The translations under genes were made by a program, and so were the position numbers. DNA of 64,000 nucleotides from Chrysomallon squamiferum (lineage: Eukaryota; Animalia; Mollusca), in the NCBI GenBank assembly GCA_012295275.1, contig CM022675.1, positions 2,108,001 through 2,172,000 of the forward strand, in the 5' to 3' direction. The notes below the pieces were generated by a model, which had not been told where the DNA came from, ran no database searches, and worked only from the letters and a program-made list of their open reading frames with translations. Below are positions 43,170-55,404 of the stretch, in pieces (the stretch's first letter is position 1; each line of letters begins with the position of its first letter).

Positions 43170-44560
43170 CATCTTCAACAGCAGTATACACACGATACAC
43201 TGACAGTATCACCAGTGATAGTATGTACAGATATATGATCAGTATGACCAATAGTACGTACTGATATAGTAACAGTATCACTAATAGCACTATGTACATA
43301 TATAGTATCAGTATCACTAGTAGAAGTATGTACAGATATATTATCAGTATCACTAGTAGCAGTATGTACAGATATATTATCAGTATCACTAGTAGCAGTA
43401 TGTAGATATAGTATCAGTATGTACATATATATTATCAGTATCACTAGTAGCATATATGTACATATATAGTATCAGTATCACTAGTAGCTAGATATAGTAT
43501 CAGTATCACTAGTAGAAGTATGTACAGATATATTATCAGTATCACTAGTAGTAGCAGTATGTACAGATATATTATCAGTATCACTAATAGCAGTATGTGT
43601 ATATATATATTATCAATATCACTAATAGCAGTGTGTACATATATATGTATCATATATAGATATAGTATCAGTATCACTAGTAGCAGTATGTACAGATATA
43701 TTATCAGTATCACTAGTAGAAGTATGTACAGATATATTATCAGTATCACTAGTAGCAGTATGTACAGATACATTATCAGTATCACTAGTAGCAGTATGTA
43801 CAGATATATTATCAGTATCACTAATAGCAGTATGTACAGATATATTATCAGTATCACTAGTAGCAGTATGTACAGATATATTATCAGTATCACTAATAGC
43901 AGTATGTACAGATATATATTATCAGTATCACTAATAGCAGTATGTACAGATATATTATCAGTATCACTAATAGCATTAGTATGTACATATATATTATCAG
44001 TATCACTAATAGAAGTATGTACAGATACATTATCAGTATCACTAGTAGCAGTATGTACAGATATATTATCAGTATCACTAATAGCAGTATGTACAGATAT
44101 ATTATCAGTATCACTAGTAGAAGTATGTACATATATATTATCAGTATCACTAGTAGCAGTATGTACAGATACATTATCAGTATCACTAGTAGCTGTATGT
44201 ACAGATACATTATCAGTATCACTAATAGAAGTATGTACAGATACATTATCAGTATCACTAGTAGTATGTACAGATACATGTAGATATACATTATCAGTAT
44301 CACGAATAATTGTACGCACATGACACATCAGTATAACCTATAGTCGCATGCACAGGATTCAGTATCAATATCACAAATAATAGTGTGTATACACGATGCA
44401 TTATCAACATCTCCAATAGCAGTACGTACAGGATACATTATGAGTATCAACACTAGACGTAGACGTATACACAAGATACATGGACAATATCACCAGTGGT
44501 AGTATGTATTGATACATTATCAGTAAAACCAATAGTAGTATGTACAGAATACATAATTAG
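43170..44560. repeat. 36-bp minisatellite with degenerate flanks
   Basis: Unit gtatgtacagatatattatcagtatcactagtagca; 12-aa periodicity in the overlapping ORFs. Confidence 0.93.
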
Positions 44561-44784
44561 TATTCCTACATACCTGATATATACAATATATTGTAAACTA
44601 ATTGTATCTATAGATTTTTACAGAACCACTTCTCATTTCAAACTGAAGTTTGTTATGGATAGGAAATTATTACTGATTATACAGTTGTTTGTAGTTGAAT
44701 ATTAGTTACATAACACTAGATGTATCATTTCACAAATTACCCCCAAAAAAAAAAAAAAAATAAATAAATAAATTTTAATAAATA

Positions 44785-44816
<32 letters not shown>

Positions 44817-45147
44817 GAATAAAATAAAAAAGATAATAAAAAAAAACATGCAAAAGAAAGTGCAAAAGGTAATTTGTTTCTAACGTATAGTAATGACAAT
44901 AATTATATGAACATCAAATAGCATCAAGTAATATTTAGAACTTACTAAAGAAAACAAGTAACAAGAGATTCATATCTAAAAGCATTTATTAAAACTACTG
45001 AAAATATAATAAGAATACAATATAAAACAATAATCATTATAATAATAAATGAACAAAAATATATATTTTAAAAATATACAAACAAGCTTTATGAGTAGAA
45101 AAAAGAAGCAAGAAAATTAAATCATAATAATAATAATGATAATGATG

Positions 45148-45198
<51 letters not shown>

Positions 45199-45199
45199 T

Positions 45200-45232
<33 letters not shown>

Positions 45233-45665
45233 GTAAATAATAATAATATGAGTGATAAAAAATTAAACTCTGAAACGACAAATACATAATAAACGAAATA
45301 AGAAAAACATGAAAATTAGCAAATATTGCACGAATAGCAAAACGAAATGTAACTGAAAATTAGAACTGAACATTTTGAATTTGTGTGGTTGCCGTTCAAA
45401 GAAATCATCATTGAAATTACTGTTTTTTAAACGATTCCTTAAACCACTGAAATTTAACTGCAAGCAAGCAACAAAACATACTTTTAATAACACCATTAAA
45501 CAAACAAAAAACAAAAAAAACAAAAAATAAATAAAAAAAATAAAAAAGAAATATAGCGATAAAAATCACGAAAAAGAAGAAAAATAATGAAAGGAAAAAA
45601 TAAGGATAATTACTGAAAATCTTTTAGTTTGCGTCTACAGTAATATAAAATGTTGCTCAAGTTAA

Positions 45666-48094
45666 TTAAATGTTATGTTTGTTGACGTCTTCTTTCTTCT
45701 GATTGGACTTTTTCTTCCTCATGAAGACGATCACCACAATCCCAATGACAAGTGAGAAGATGATCACCATGGCAACACAAAGAACAATCAGAATCGTGGT
45801 GTTGATACTAACTTGATCAGATCCTTGCTTTTCACCTGATGTCTGTGAGATACCTACAAAGTAGTACACTGTTAAATCTCAGATATTTAGTTTATTTCTT
45901 GCAAGTAAAAAAAAGTTAACTAAAATCTGCATTTAAATGTTGATTTAATTTGACAAAACTAAAGCGATGACAACAAATTAATGGGATAAATGAATAGAAA
46001 ATGTCTAAAATAAACTCACTTTGTGTTCGATCTTCATTTATCACGTCCAGAACAGTAAATGTTTTTCTGACAAGTTCATCAGACGTTTCAACAGATCTTC
46101 GTTTCCTTCCAAACCCTTCCTTGCCATTGCAGTCCAACTGAGACTGAAAGTATGACGATTTAATTATTTACTAATTTACTATCTACTTTCTTATATATAG
46201 GTTGGCTGGTTGTTTCAATTTTATTAAAATATATATTAATACATTTATTATTTATGTATAACATTAATTATTTGCTCAATAAGTAGCAGCACTAGTAGTG
46301 GTGATCATTATAGTATTAGTGGTAGTACTAGAATTAACGTAGTTTTAATGAAAATAAAAAGATAATGAAAGGAAATGAAAACAAAGAAAATAAAAGAAAC
46401 ATTGTTATCGTGTCCTTTTTCTGTACATTTTTTTTAATATATGAATGTTTCACATATTATTCAAGAATAATAAGAATAGGTGATACAAAAATAGCGGCTT
46501 CTGAAACAAGGAACCTTGAAAGTATAACTTAGACTTTAATGCAGCATTTTACCAGTTTTGTGCTACGTTATATAAACTAACAGGATGCGTATGGTGCCTT
46601 TAAGTGCGTTTTTGTCCATTGTGATTTTACAAAATTGTCTTTTTTATTTCATAAAAACCAAATTGATTCGTCAGTTTTCTAATCAGCTTTGCCTGCTATT
46701 AAATTGACTCTCAGGTATCTTTCTTAATCGTTTTCTCATCATATTGAAATTTTAACAATCCTGTCTTACAGATAATATTTGAAGGAAATTGAGCGAATTG
46801 TTATTATTATTATTATTATTATTAATTATTATTATTATTAGTAGTATTAGTAGTAGTATGATTATTATTATTATTATTGTTGTTTTTGTTGTTGTTGTTA
46901 TTATTGTTATTATTGTTATTAATGCAAATTATTTAAGGACAATACGAAATAAATATTTAAAAAAATTAATTGCTTTTGAAAGTAGCAATTCTCAAGTGGT
47001 AACTTAATATTTGAATATATTATTTGATCTTAAAATATTTTATTAATTTCAAGCTATTATGTATTTAAATATATTCCAGATGTATTCTTCGTTAACACCG
47101 GCATTACATTTTTAAAGATATACATAATGATATTTTGACAACAATAACTGAAAAAGGTTTTGTCTACCTAGTAAATTAAATACTTAGTAAATTACATTTG
47201 CTCATTTTAAAACCTCTGATTTATATTTCAGGGGAGATAACTTGCTAAATTTAACATTCTTATTTACCGTCATAATAATAAATTATCGATTTTTGGTTGT
47301 TGTTGTTATATTTTTTTGTTATTATTAGTTGTTTCGTTTTAGTTGTTTTTTTTTTTTTTTTTTTTTTACAATATCTAATAAATGCTATTAGTACTATTTA
47401 ATATAATACTATTTAATATAAAAATAAACAGTGTGACAGTAATGTTCACTTTTATCACTAACATTCAGTTTTGACAACAACATTTTCTGATGTGTATATT
47501 TTAAGCTCACACAATAAAACAAATACGATAAAATTATCTAAATCAAAAGTAAAAATGTACACTCAGATGATGGAACTTACTGGGTGTCAGAGAGATTTTT
47601 GATCTGGAGGACAAACTTTGACAGAACATTCTGTAGAGACTGCGTTGTTTTTGTTAAAGGTGAAAGCTTTCAACTTGAATGTGACTTTGTTTCCCGATCT
47701 TTCAGGCTCCTGTATCATCAGTTTACCGATCTCAGACGATGGACAGCTGAATGAGTAAAGAGTTTAAGATAAAATAGCATTTCTCTTTAGTTTTCTCGAT
47801 CTGAATAAACTCTAGGTGTTTTAAAGAGAGATTCGCTGTTATGAGAAGTTATGAAGTTGTCTATTTAAAATAATAATACAAATAATAATAATAATACGAG
47901 GCAATTCTAAATATTTCCAAAAGAATTACTATGCAGTTTGGGTGCTTATCCAGAGGTCATTTATTCATGTGAAATATTTATTTGAAACCAGAATATATCT
48001 CGCTTGTTCAAGTGAAAAAAAAAAAAAAAAAAAAAAAAATAAAAAATAAATAAATAAATAAAGAAAAATGAAAAAAATGAAAACAAAAAGTTAG

Positions 48095-48155
<61 letters not shown>

Positions 48156-48288
48156 CAACAACAACAACAATAACAACTACAACAAGAATAATGATGATCA
48201 TGATGCTGATGATGATGATTCTCAGTATTTCATGGTGTTTCTCGGAGGCGTATAAAAATCCATATTAATGAATTCTGTGCTAAATAGG

Positions 48289-48323
<35 letters not shown>

Positions 48324-48436
48324 GTTGAAATGAAAATATTACCCGTCTTCAATGATTTTCAGAGTTTCACTGTCTTCTCCAGTTTTCTGATTATCAGCAG
48401 TACAAGACTCCACTCTGACAGTGCCTGATTCTGGCT
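45666..48436 (-). CDS. Copy B remainder of ZP-C, furin site and transmembrane exons
   Basis: EPESGTVRVESCTADNQKTGEDSETLKIIEDG / CPSSEIGK...VTFKLKAFTFNKNNAVSTECSVKVCPPDQKSL*HP / LDCNGKEGFGRKRRSVETSDELVRKTFTVLD / TTILIVLCVAMVIIFSLVIGIVVIVFMRKKK-stop. Shows the IIxDGCP and AFxF ZP-C motifs, an RKRR site, an EHP-like TFTVLD, a TM segment and a basic stop-transfer. Confidence 0.75.
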
Positions 48437-48626
48437 CTGTTTAAAAGTATTACAATATTTGTGTTTACAACTCTGAAGCAAAATTATATTTTTGGCAAGG
48501 AGTTATAAAGAACATTATGTTAAGGGATGGAAATTAAATGCCATCTTTTCTAGTATTTAAAAAAATAAATATACAACTTTTTTATTCGTATTTTTATTTA
48601 TTTATTTATTTATTATTTTTATTATA

Positions 48627-48708
<82 letters not shown>

Positions 48709-48835
48709 TTGGTAGTTAGTAGTAGATATTTTAGCCCAGAAATGGAAATTTAAATAACATAGTAAATAACAGGTGATAACAAGCACAAAGCTAGTAAAAA
48801 TAGAAATGTAATGATCAGCACTTGGTTAGTGATAC

Positions 48836-49237
48836 CTGCACATTTGATGCCAGCATCTTGTCCATGGTTACATCGAAAGTTGCCCCATTGAAAATTACAC
48901 TGCTCAAGACTCGTTTCATTTCCCAAACAGTGAATATTACGCAGAAAGATAGGCCCAGATCCTTCACCAAAATAGGAACTATCAATAGCTGTTGCATTTG
49001 AACTGCGAAGAATGGAATGTTTCACTTGAAAATATATTTCTTTACTATCATTACATGTATAATAATCGTTTTTAATAATCTTACAGTGCTATAGTAAATA
49101 ACTGCTTCAATAGTTATGATTAATTACTTTCTCAGTGAAATCAAGTTTTCTGTAGTAACTAACTATTACTAACATATTGTGACAATTGTTATAATAATCA
49201 TCATTAATGATTCCGAAACGACAGAGAAACTTGTCAA

Positions 49238-49317
<80 letters not shown>

Positions 49318-50073
49318 TTAAAATTAAAATAAAAAAATAAAAATAAAAATAAAATAAGTAGGCTGTTATCAATGACTTTTAAATAACTGTTATAAATAAT
49401 CATTATTAATAACTTACTTAGTGAAACCAAGCATTCTGCAGTAAACTGCTGTTATAAATAACCAAGCATTCTGCAGTAAACAGCTGCATTGTAATCAGTA
49501 TGATATTTATCACAGACTGTGCCCCACATTCCAAGATATTTAATCTCTACTCGACCTTCTCGTTCTGAACTGCCTCCAACCAGACGAATTTCAATTTCTT
49601 CTTTTTCTTCTGCAGTAAGAAAATATCCTTTCACACACCAAATGTTCCTTGACGTATCAAACGTAAATACAATTTTTAATTTAGATTTTATCACATTATT
49701 TTGTTTCAGAGTTTGGTCTCTAAGTCAATGAATGTTATTTTCTTTACAGGAAATGATTAAACATGTGGTAGATGTTTAGTGACTGCTGTCTAAAACACAT
49801 TACCTGAACACAGCAGGGCTGTGTACTTCTCATGATCTTCGTGTTCTCTAAGAAGAATGCGACACTCATTAATGTTCTTTTCCAGTCCTGAACATCGTAC
49901 ACGTGATGTCCAAATCTTGTTGTTTTTTGACGTCAGATTATGCTCATACTCATTGAGTAATATTGCTTTATAACTTCATTAAATAAATACATAAAAATTA
50001 CATCAATTTATATAGACATTATGCCAATTCTTATATTAGTTTAAATGCTATTCTGGGTGTCGTTTTACTATTA

Positions 50074-50140
<67 letters not shown>

Positions 50141-50149
50141 GTTATTATT

Positions 50150-50180
<31 letters not shown>

Positions 50181-50519
50181 GCATCATCATCATTAGTTTT
50201 ACTGGAATTAGTTCATTGTTTCAAGTGATATTTAAATGCTTTAATATTACATTCTGTTTCTGCTTACTCGTTGAAGCCAAGTGTTCTGCACTAAACTCTA
50301 GCAACTGCTGGAGAAGAATAATCATTATTGATTCTGCCCCACTCATTGTTTATTTTCATTTCAACGACACCGTAGTTACTGACTGGACCACCAACTAGTC
50401 GTAATTCAATGTTTGATATATCTACTATAAAATAAACATAAAAATAAAATCAATTCATTCACTGATAAATAACTTTTAAATACAGCATGTATCTAACAGT
50501 TATTATTATTATTATTATT

Positions 50520-50551
<32 letters not shown>

Positions 50552-52436
50552 TTTATTTTGGCGTCTGCAGTAAAAAGCATTCACTATTATAACTTGACAA
50601 TGTGACAGGATGATTAAAAACATATGACAAAGTTAACCTTTCTTGCATTCTAAATGTTGTTTCTGTATAAGTCGTTAGTGTTATCTGATGGACGTTAGAC
50701 AGTACACGAAACTGATAGTTTTAACATTAATACCTGAACACTTAATATACAGAGATTTGCATTTACTTTCTTCATTCCGAAGTTTGAGAAAAGACAAATG
50801 CAGAGTAGGTTCATAACCACCACTGAAAACCTGATACTTCCATTTATTTCCAGTAACTGTTTCAGCAGGATAATAGTTTTCTGCTCTGTGAAGAAACGCA
50901 CGCAAAATAAAAAAGAAATTAAAAAGTAATTCACAAATATATCGTAGTGGAAGGACAGCATACAGGTTTAGAAAAGCAAACCTTGCAATAATATAAATCA
51001 CAAACAATAGGAATTAAAGTAAAAAGGAGAAACGTAATACTAGATGTGGTTTATTCAATCCACAGTCTTTTACAGCTGAAGGTTTCGTTTAGAAAAGTTG
51101 AAATTTATATCAACATATACTCTATGTGTATTTACTGATGGGTGTATGTGGATTTGTTTGTGATTACATTAGTTCTACTACTATTACCTCTACTATACTG
51201 TCACTAAATTATTATTATTATTACTATTATTATTATTATTATTATTATTTAATGTTTGAGTTTAAAAAGACTTACTAACTTTGCATATCCCAGTTGCCGG
51301 CACACAACGTCAGCATTTTTTCTCTCACGGTACTTTGTGTTACACACTGAATTCCATTTGCCATCATCAAATACTTGAAGATTTCCTTCTTGTTTGCTGT
51401 TTCCACCCACCAGTTGCAGTTTGTATGGTTTAGGATTTTCTGTTACAGTGGAACAAAACAAAAATTTTAATTTTCATAACAGAGAAACTGTGTGTGATAT
51501 GTTTTCAGATATTAACAACAGCCACAACAACCAATATCATTATGATGATAATAAAAATAACAATGGTCATGATAATGATGGTGATGATGATGACGATAAT
51601 ATTTCTTTACCATCACATATAATTCCAATATCTTGTCCTTTGCATGGATAATTGCAGTCCCTAATCTTCCACCTAAAGCAATCATCTACATTCGTTTCAA
51701 ATCCATAACACCCTAAATCACCTTTCCAAATGTGTCCAGTTCCTTCTGGGAAGAAACCTTTACCACGTGGCAGACCAAACGCACTGTTGGGTAGAAACGT
51801 AATTGTTTCATGATTGTTAACTCACACGCACGCGCACACACACATACACAAACACACACACACACACACAAACGCACACACAAACACACTCACATATACA
51901 CACCCACATACAAAAACACACACAGTATTATTTTGTATTTATTTATTTACTTCTTTAATTTATTTTTTTTTTTTTTTTTTTATATATTTAATATATATAT
52001 TTTTCATTTAGAAATTTCCATTCATATTACTGCAGAATACGGAGTTAGACAGGTATAAAAACAGCAATAATCAGGACTGTTGGTTATTGACTTACTTTTT
52101 GAATCCGAGAGTTCTACAAACCACAGTGGCACGGTAGAAGGTCAAACTACTGTACAGTCTGCCCCATTTACCTTTGTACAGAACTTCTACTCGACCTTCT
52201 TTAGTTGTGTTACCATCAACTAGACGAAATTTCACTTTATAATGAAATAGAAAAAAAACATTAATAATAATTGATAGGAAATTATTTTCATTTTGTAAAA
52301 TTGCGAAGAATTCGCCAGGAACTGTTTATTAATATATTGAAATTTTGAAGTTGGCATAAAGTAAATAATAAAGTACAAATACATTTATTACCTGGTTGAA
52401 TGTCGGCAATCTGTTCTGGTACGTCTGCTGTCAAAC
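48836..52436 (-). CDS. Copy B linker plus four-SRCR cassette (nine exons; SRCR3 and SRCR4 first halves disrupted)
   Basis: SRCR1 FRLVDGNTTKEGRVEVLYKGKWG; SRCR2 LQLVGGNSKQEGNLQVFDDGKWNSVC; SRCR3 LRLVGGPVSNYGVVEMKINNEWG...ARV*CRTLGF / IWTSRVRCSGLEKNINEC; SRCR4 IRLVGGSSEREGRVEIKYLGMWGTVCD / YFGEGSGPIFLRNIHCLGNETSLEQC...CNHGQDAGIKC. Confidence 0.75.
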
Positions 52437-52561
52437 CTAGAATAAAAATAAATAAGAAAAATAAATAAATGAATAAATAAGTAATACCATCCGTATATAT
52501 GTGTGTGTGGCAGGGCACACGCAAAAAAAAAAAAATGTATATATATTATTATTATTAATAC

Positions 52562-52640
<79 letters not shown>

Positions 52641-52689
52641 GTTAGTGCAATGAATAAAGAAAGTATGTTTACAAATAAGTTGCTCCTAC

Positions 52690-53125
52690 TTGTAATAAAC
52701 TCAAATGTAAGTTCTTCATCTAAAGATACAGCTGCTGATTCTGAAACTGAAGACCCGTCTTTGAGGTTGATGTTGAACTGGACAAGCGAGGAGTCTATTG
52801 AGTTAACTGTGTTTGTGATACTCTGTCTGTTTCTGCTGAATACCATTAAAAAACACATTAAGAAATGAAATCTATATTATCTATCTATCTATTTATCTAA
52901 ATATCTATCTATCTATCTATCTATCTATCTAAAATATACATTATTAAGATGTTCAGTTTGTTCTTCTATCTATCTATCTATTTCTCTATCTAAAAATATA
53001 CATCATTAAGATGTTCAGTTTGTTCTTCGCATTCAGCGATATTTTATTTGTAAGAAGAAGAAAATAATCAGAAAAAGAAGAAGAAGAATACTAATAATGA
53101 AATTAAATAATAATCATAATAATCA

Positions 53126-53161
<36 letters not shown>

Positions 53162-54964
53162 CAAAAATAATAATAATATAATATCTTATAATACTTCCAT
53201 AAAATCAACATAATCCAAGAAACACATGAGATTAAATAAATAAAACAATTTTAAAACAAAACTACTATTACTACTATTAGCACAACTACTTCTGATAAAA
53301 CTACTAGTACTGATAATAAAAATATTAGAATGTGTAAGAGTAACAGACAGATAGGTAAAAGTAGTTTGAAAAAGAAACAGCAAAAGTAGAAAACAAATAA
53401 CGAACCTTTCAAGATTTTTGCTTGTTATCACTTTGGTGACTTTCACAATTGAAGACTCATCGTTTTCCTCACAAATGACATTTACTTCTGAGTCGAGGTT
53501 TGTCATGTATTTGTCACTGAACTGAATGATCACATCCCGAGTTCGACTTTCATTTAGCTTTGTAAACGATTCAAAATTAGATACATCACTGTTTGAATGT
53601 ATAATACTACTTTGTACATATACAACATTCAAAATCCATCAAATACAAAAACAAGTAAGCTAGTGTGTAGAATTCACAAATTAAATATATGTATATATAT
53701 ATATATAAATAATATATATAAGATAAATAAATACATAAATACATGAATTGAACTGACCTGCATCACCCCTCTGCAGTCACTATCCTGAACATTCAAAGCC
53801 ACGCCCTGTTTTCCCAAGGGTAGATCTGACTGTGTGAATGTACAACCTTTCGTGTCTTTTTCACCTTTAACATAGACGACACCACTGAATGTTCCAGCAG
53901 GATTAAGTACAATCAACATAGAACTTTTCTGACAGGAAACTTCATCTGAAATAAATAAATCCATATATGTATAAATCAAGAACAAAACAACAACAACAAT
54001 AATAATAACAACAACATCAATCACTGTATAAATTGAGAACAAAGAATCTTTGACATTAAATTAAAATAACTACAGTCTTTTTTGAAATCTGGAGTTTTCA
54101 GTTTAAACTCAAAATGTTTAATTTGAACTGTAATTAAAACGTCTGACGTAAAAACTTCATCATCTATAAATTTGAACTGAGATTTAAAACTGAAACTCAG
54201 AAAACCTCATCAAAGATTCGAATAATTGGAATTTGAAATTTATATTAACGTCTTGTTTATTTAAATGTTTTAATGTTTATAAAGAACAAAACAAAACGAA
54301 TGTTTTTATTTTTAAATTTTGTTTCAAACATTTTTCATATTTTTTTTATCATTATTACTTCTATTTTATTATTATTATTTTAAGTAAGTTTAGTAGTAGT
54401 AGGAGTAAAGTAGTAATATTTTCATAGTAAAGTAAAGTAGTATTTATTTGGATATCAACGGTAATATTAACCAATTCAATTTCTTTAATATTATTAAAAC
54501 AAAAAGATGATTACAGGACAATAGACAATATTTTCACATATATATAAATATATATATATGATGAAGTTATTAATATATACATTAATCTTTAAAACAAATA
54601 ATGATTATTGGTTATACTGGTGTTATATATATCTATATATACGTAACTCAACTACTGGAGTATGATTTAAAATAGACAATGTATATAAGAAAGAAGAAAT
54701 AAAAATACAGGCATTTGTTAGTAAATATAACAAAATAATTTGATATAAATTTTTTAGAATAAACACTGAACAGGTTGCATTATTATTATTACTTTTTCTT
54801 TATTATAATCTTAGTAAATAACTCACATCTTTTATTTTCACACTGGTCTCTATAGAAACCAGATGGACAGAAACACGCCTTATTTCCATTATCATTGTAA
54901 CAGATACCTCCATCAGAGCCACAAGCGTCAGTTTGATTGGTGCACGGACTTGAACCACTCAAAC
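52690..54964 (-). CDS. Copy B exons for EGF2, ZP-N and first ZP-C segment (individually open)
   Basis: Four exons with the same phases as copy A, for example EVSCQKSSMLIVLNPAGTFSGVVYVKGEKDTKGC...DSDCRG and VQFNINLKDGSSVSESAAVSLDEELTFEF. Confidence 0.7.
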
Positions 54965-55011
54965 CTGAAAACACAAATTTATAATTCTGCAGTTTAGATA
55001 AAAGTTATTTA

Positions 55012-55062
<51 letters not shown>

Positions 55063-55404
55063 CAGTGAAAAACATCCATTTATCAGAAAAATGGAACAAT
55101 CAGAACAACAACTGTACCAACAGCGACATCCTAGTATGCAGTTGAATGCATTAAGTGATCATCATTTTTACAGATTGTTATTTGTTTTAATCTTAAACTT
55201 TTGACATTTTAAAATTATAAATCTAACTTTTCTCCAGCTCACAGTTGTAGCCAGTGTAGTCATTTCCACAGATAAACAGGTGCCGTCATTTTAACAAGTT
55301 GAAATAGAAGCACATGATCTTGAATGCACAGCATGAATGTACAGTAACGTGACATATTTAAAGATGTCCTTGCATAAGTACGTTTTGAAACTATACAAAC
55401 ACAC

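Larger units (their letters stand above)
45666..55300 (-). pseudogene. Copy B: EGF-EGF-ZP-TM gene with linker and four SRCR domains inside ZP-C; disabled
   Basis: Exons: 55228-55300 (truncated EGF1), 54827-54964, 53758-53945, 53406-53557, 52690-52832, 52392-52436, 52096-52234, 51611-51783, 51280-51439, 50734-50885, 50268-50421, 49804-49973, 49418-49609, 48836-49002, 48343-48436, 47581-47746, 46020-46137, 45666-45853. Lesions: signal exon deleted; TAA and +2 shift in EGF1; TAG at 50291-50293; 35-nt duplication near 49425-49481; TGA at 47587-47589. Confidence 0.82.

Noticed and set aside
43444-44328. 294-aa ORF with acidic (SVHTATSDTDNI)n repeats resembling a biomineral or mucin protein
   Set aside because: Translation of a 36-bp minisatellite that switches frame repeatedly; no signal peptide or exon links.
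47587-47589. In-frame TGA at a Cys position as possible selenocysteine or readthrough
   Set aside because: Copy C has TGC here, copy B has several other disabling lesions, and no SECIS was recognised; a simple nonsense mutation is more likely.
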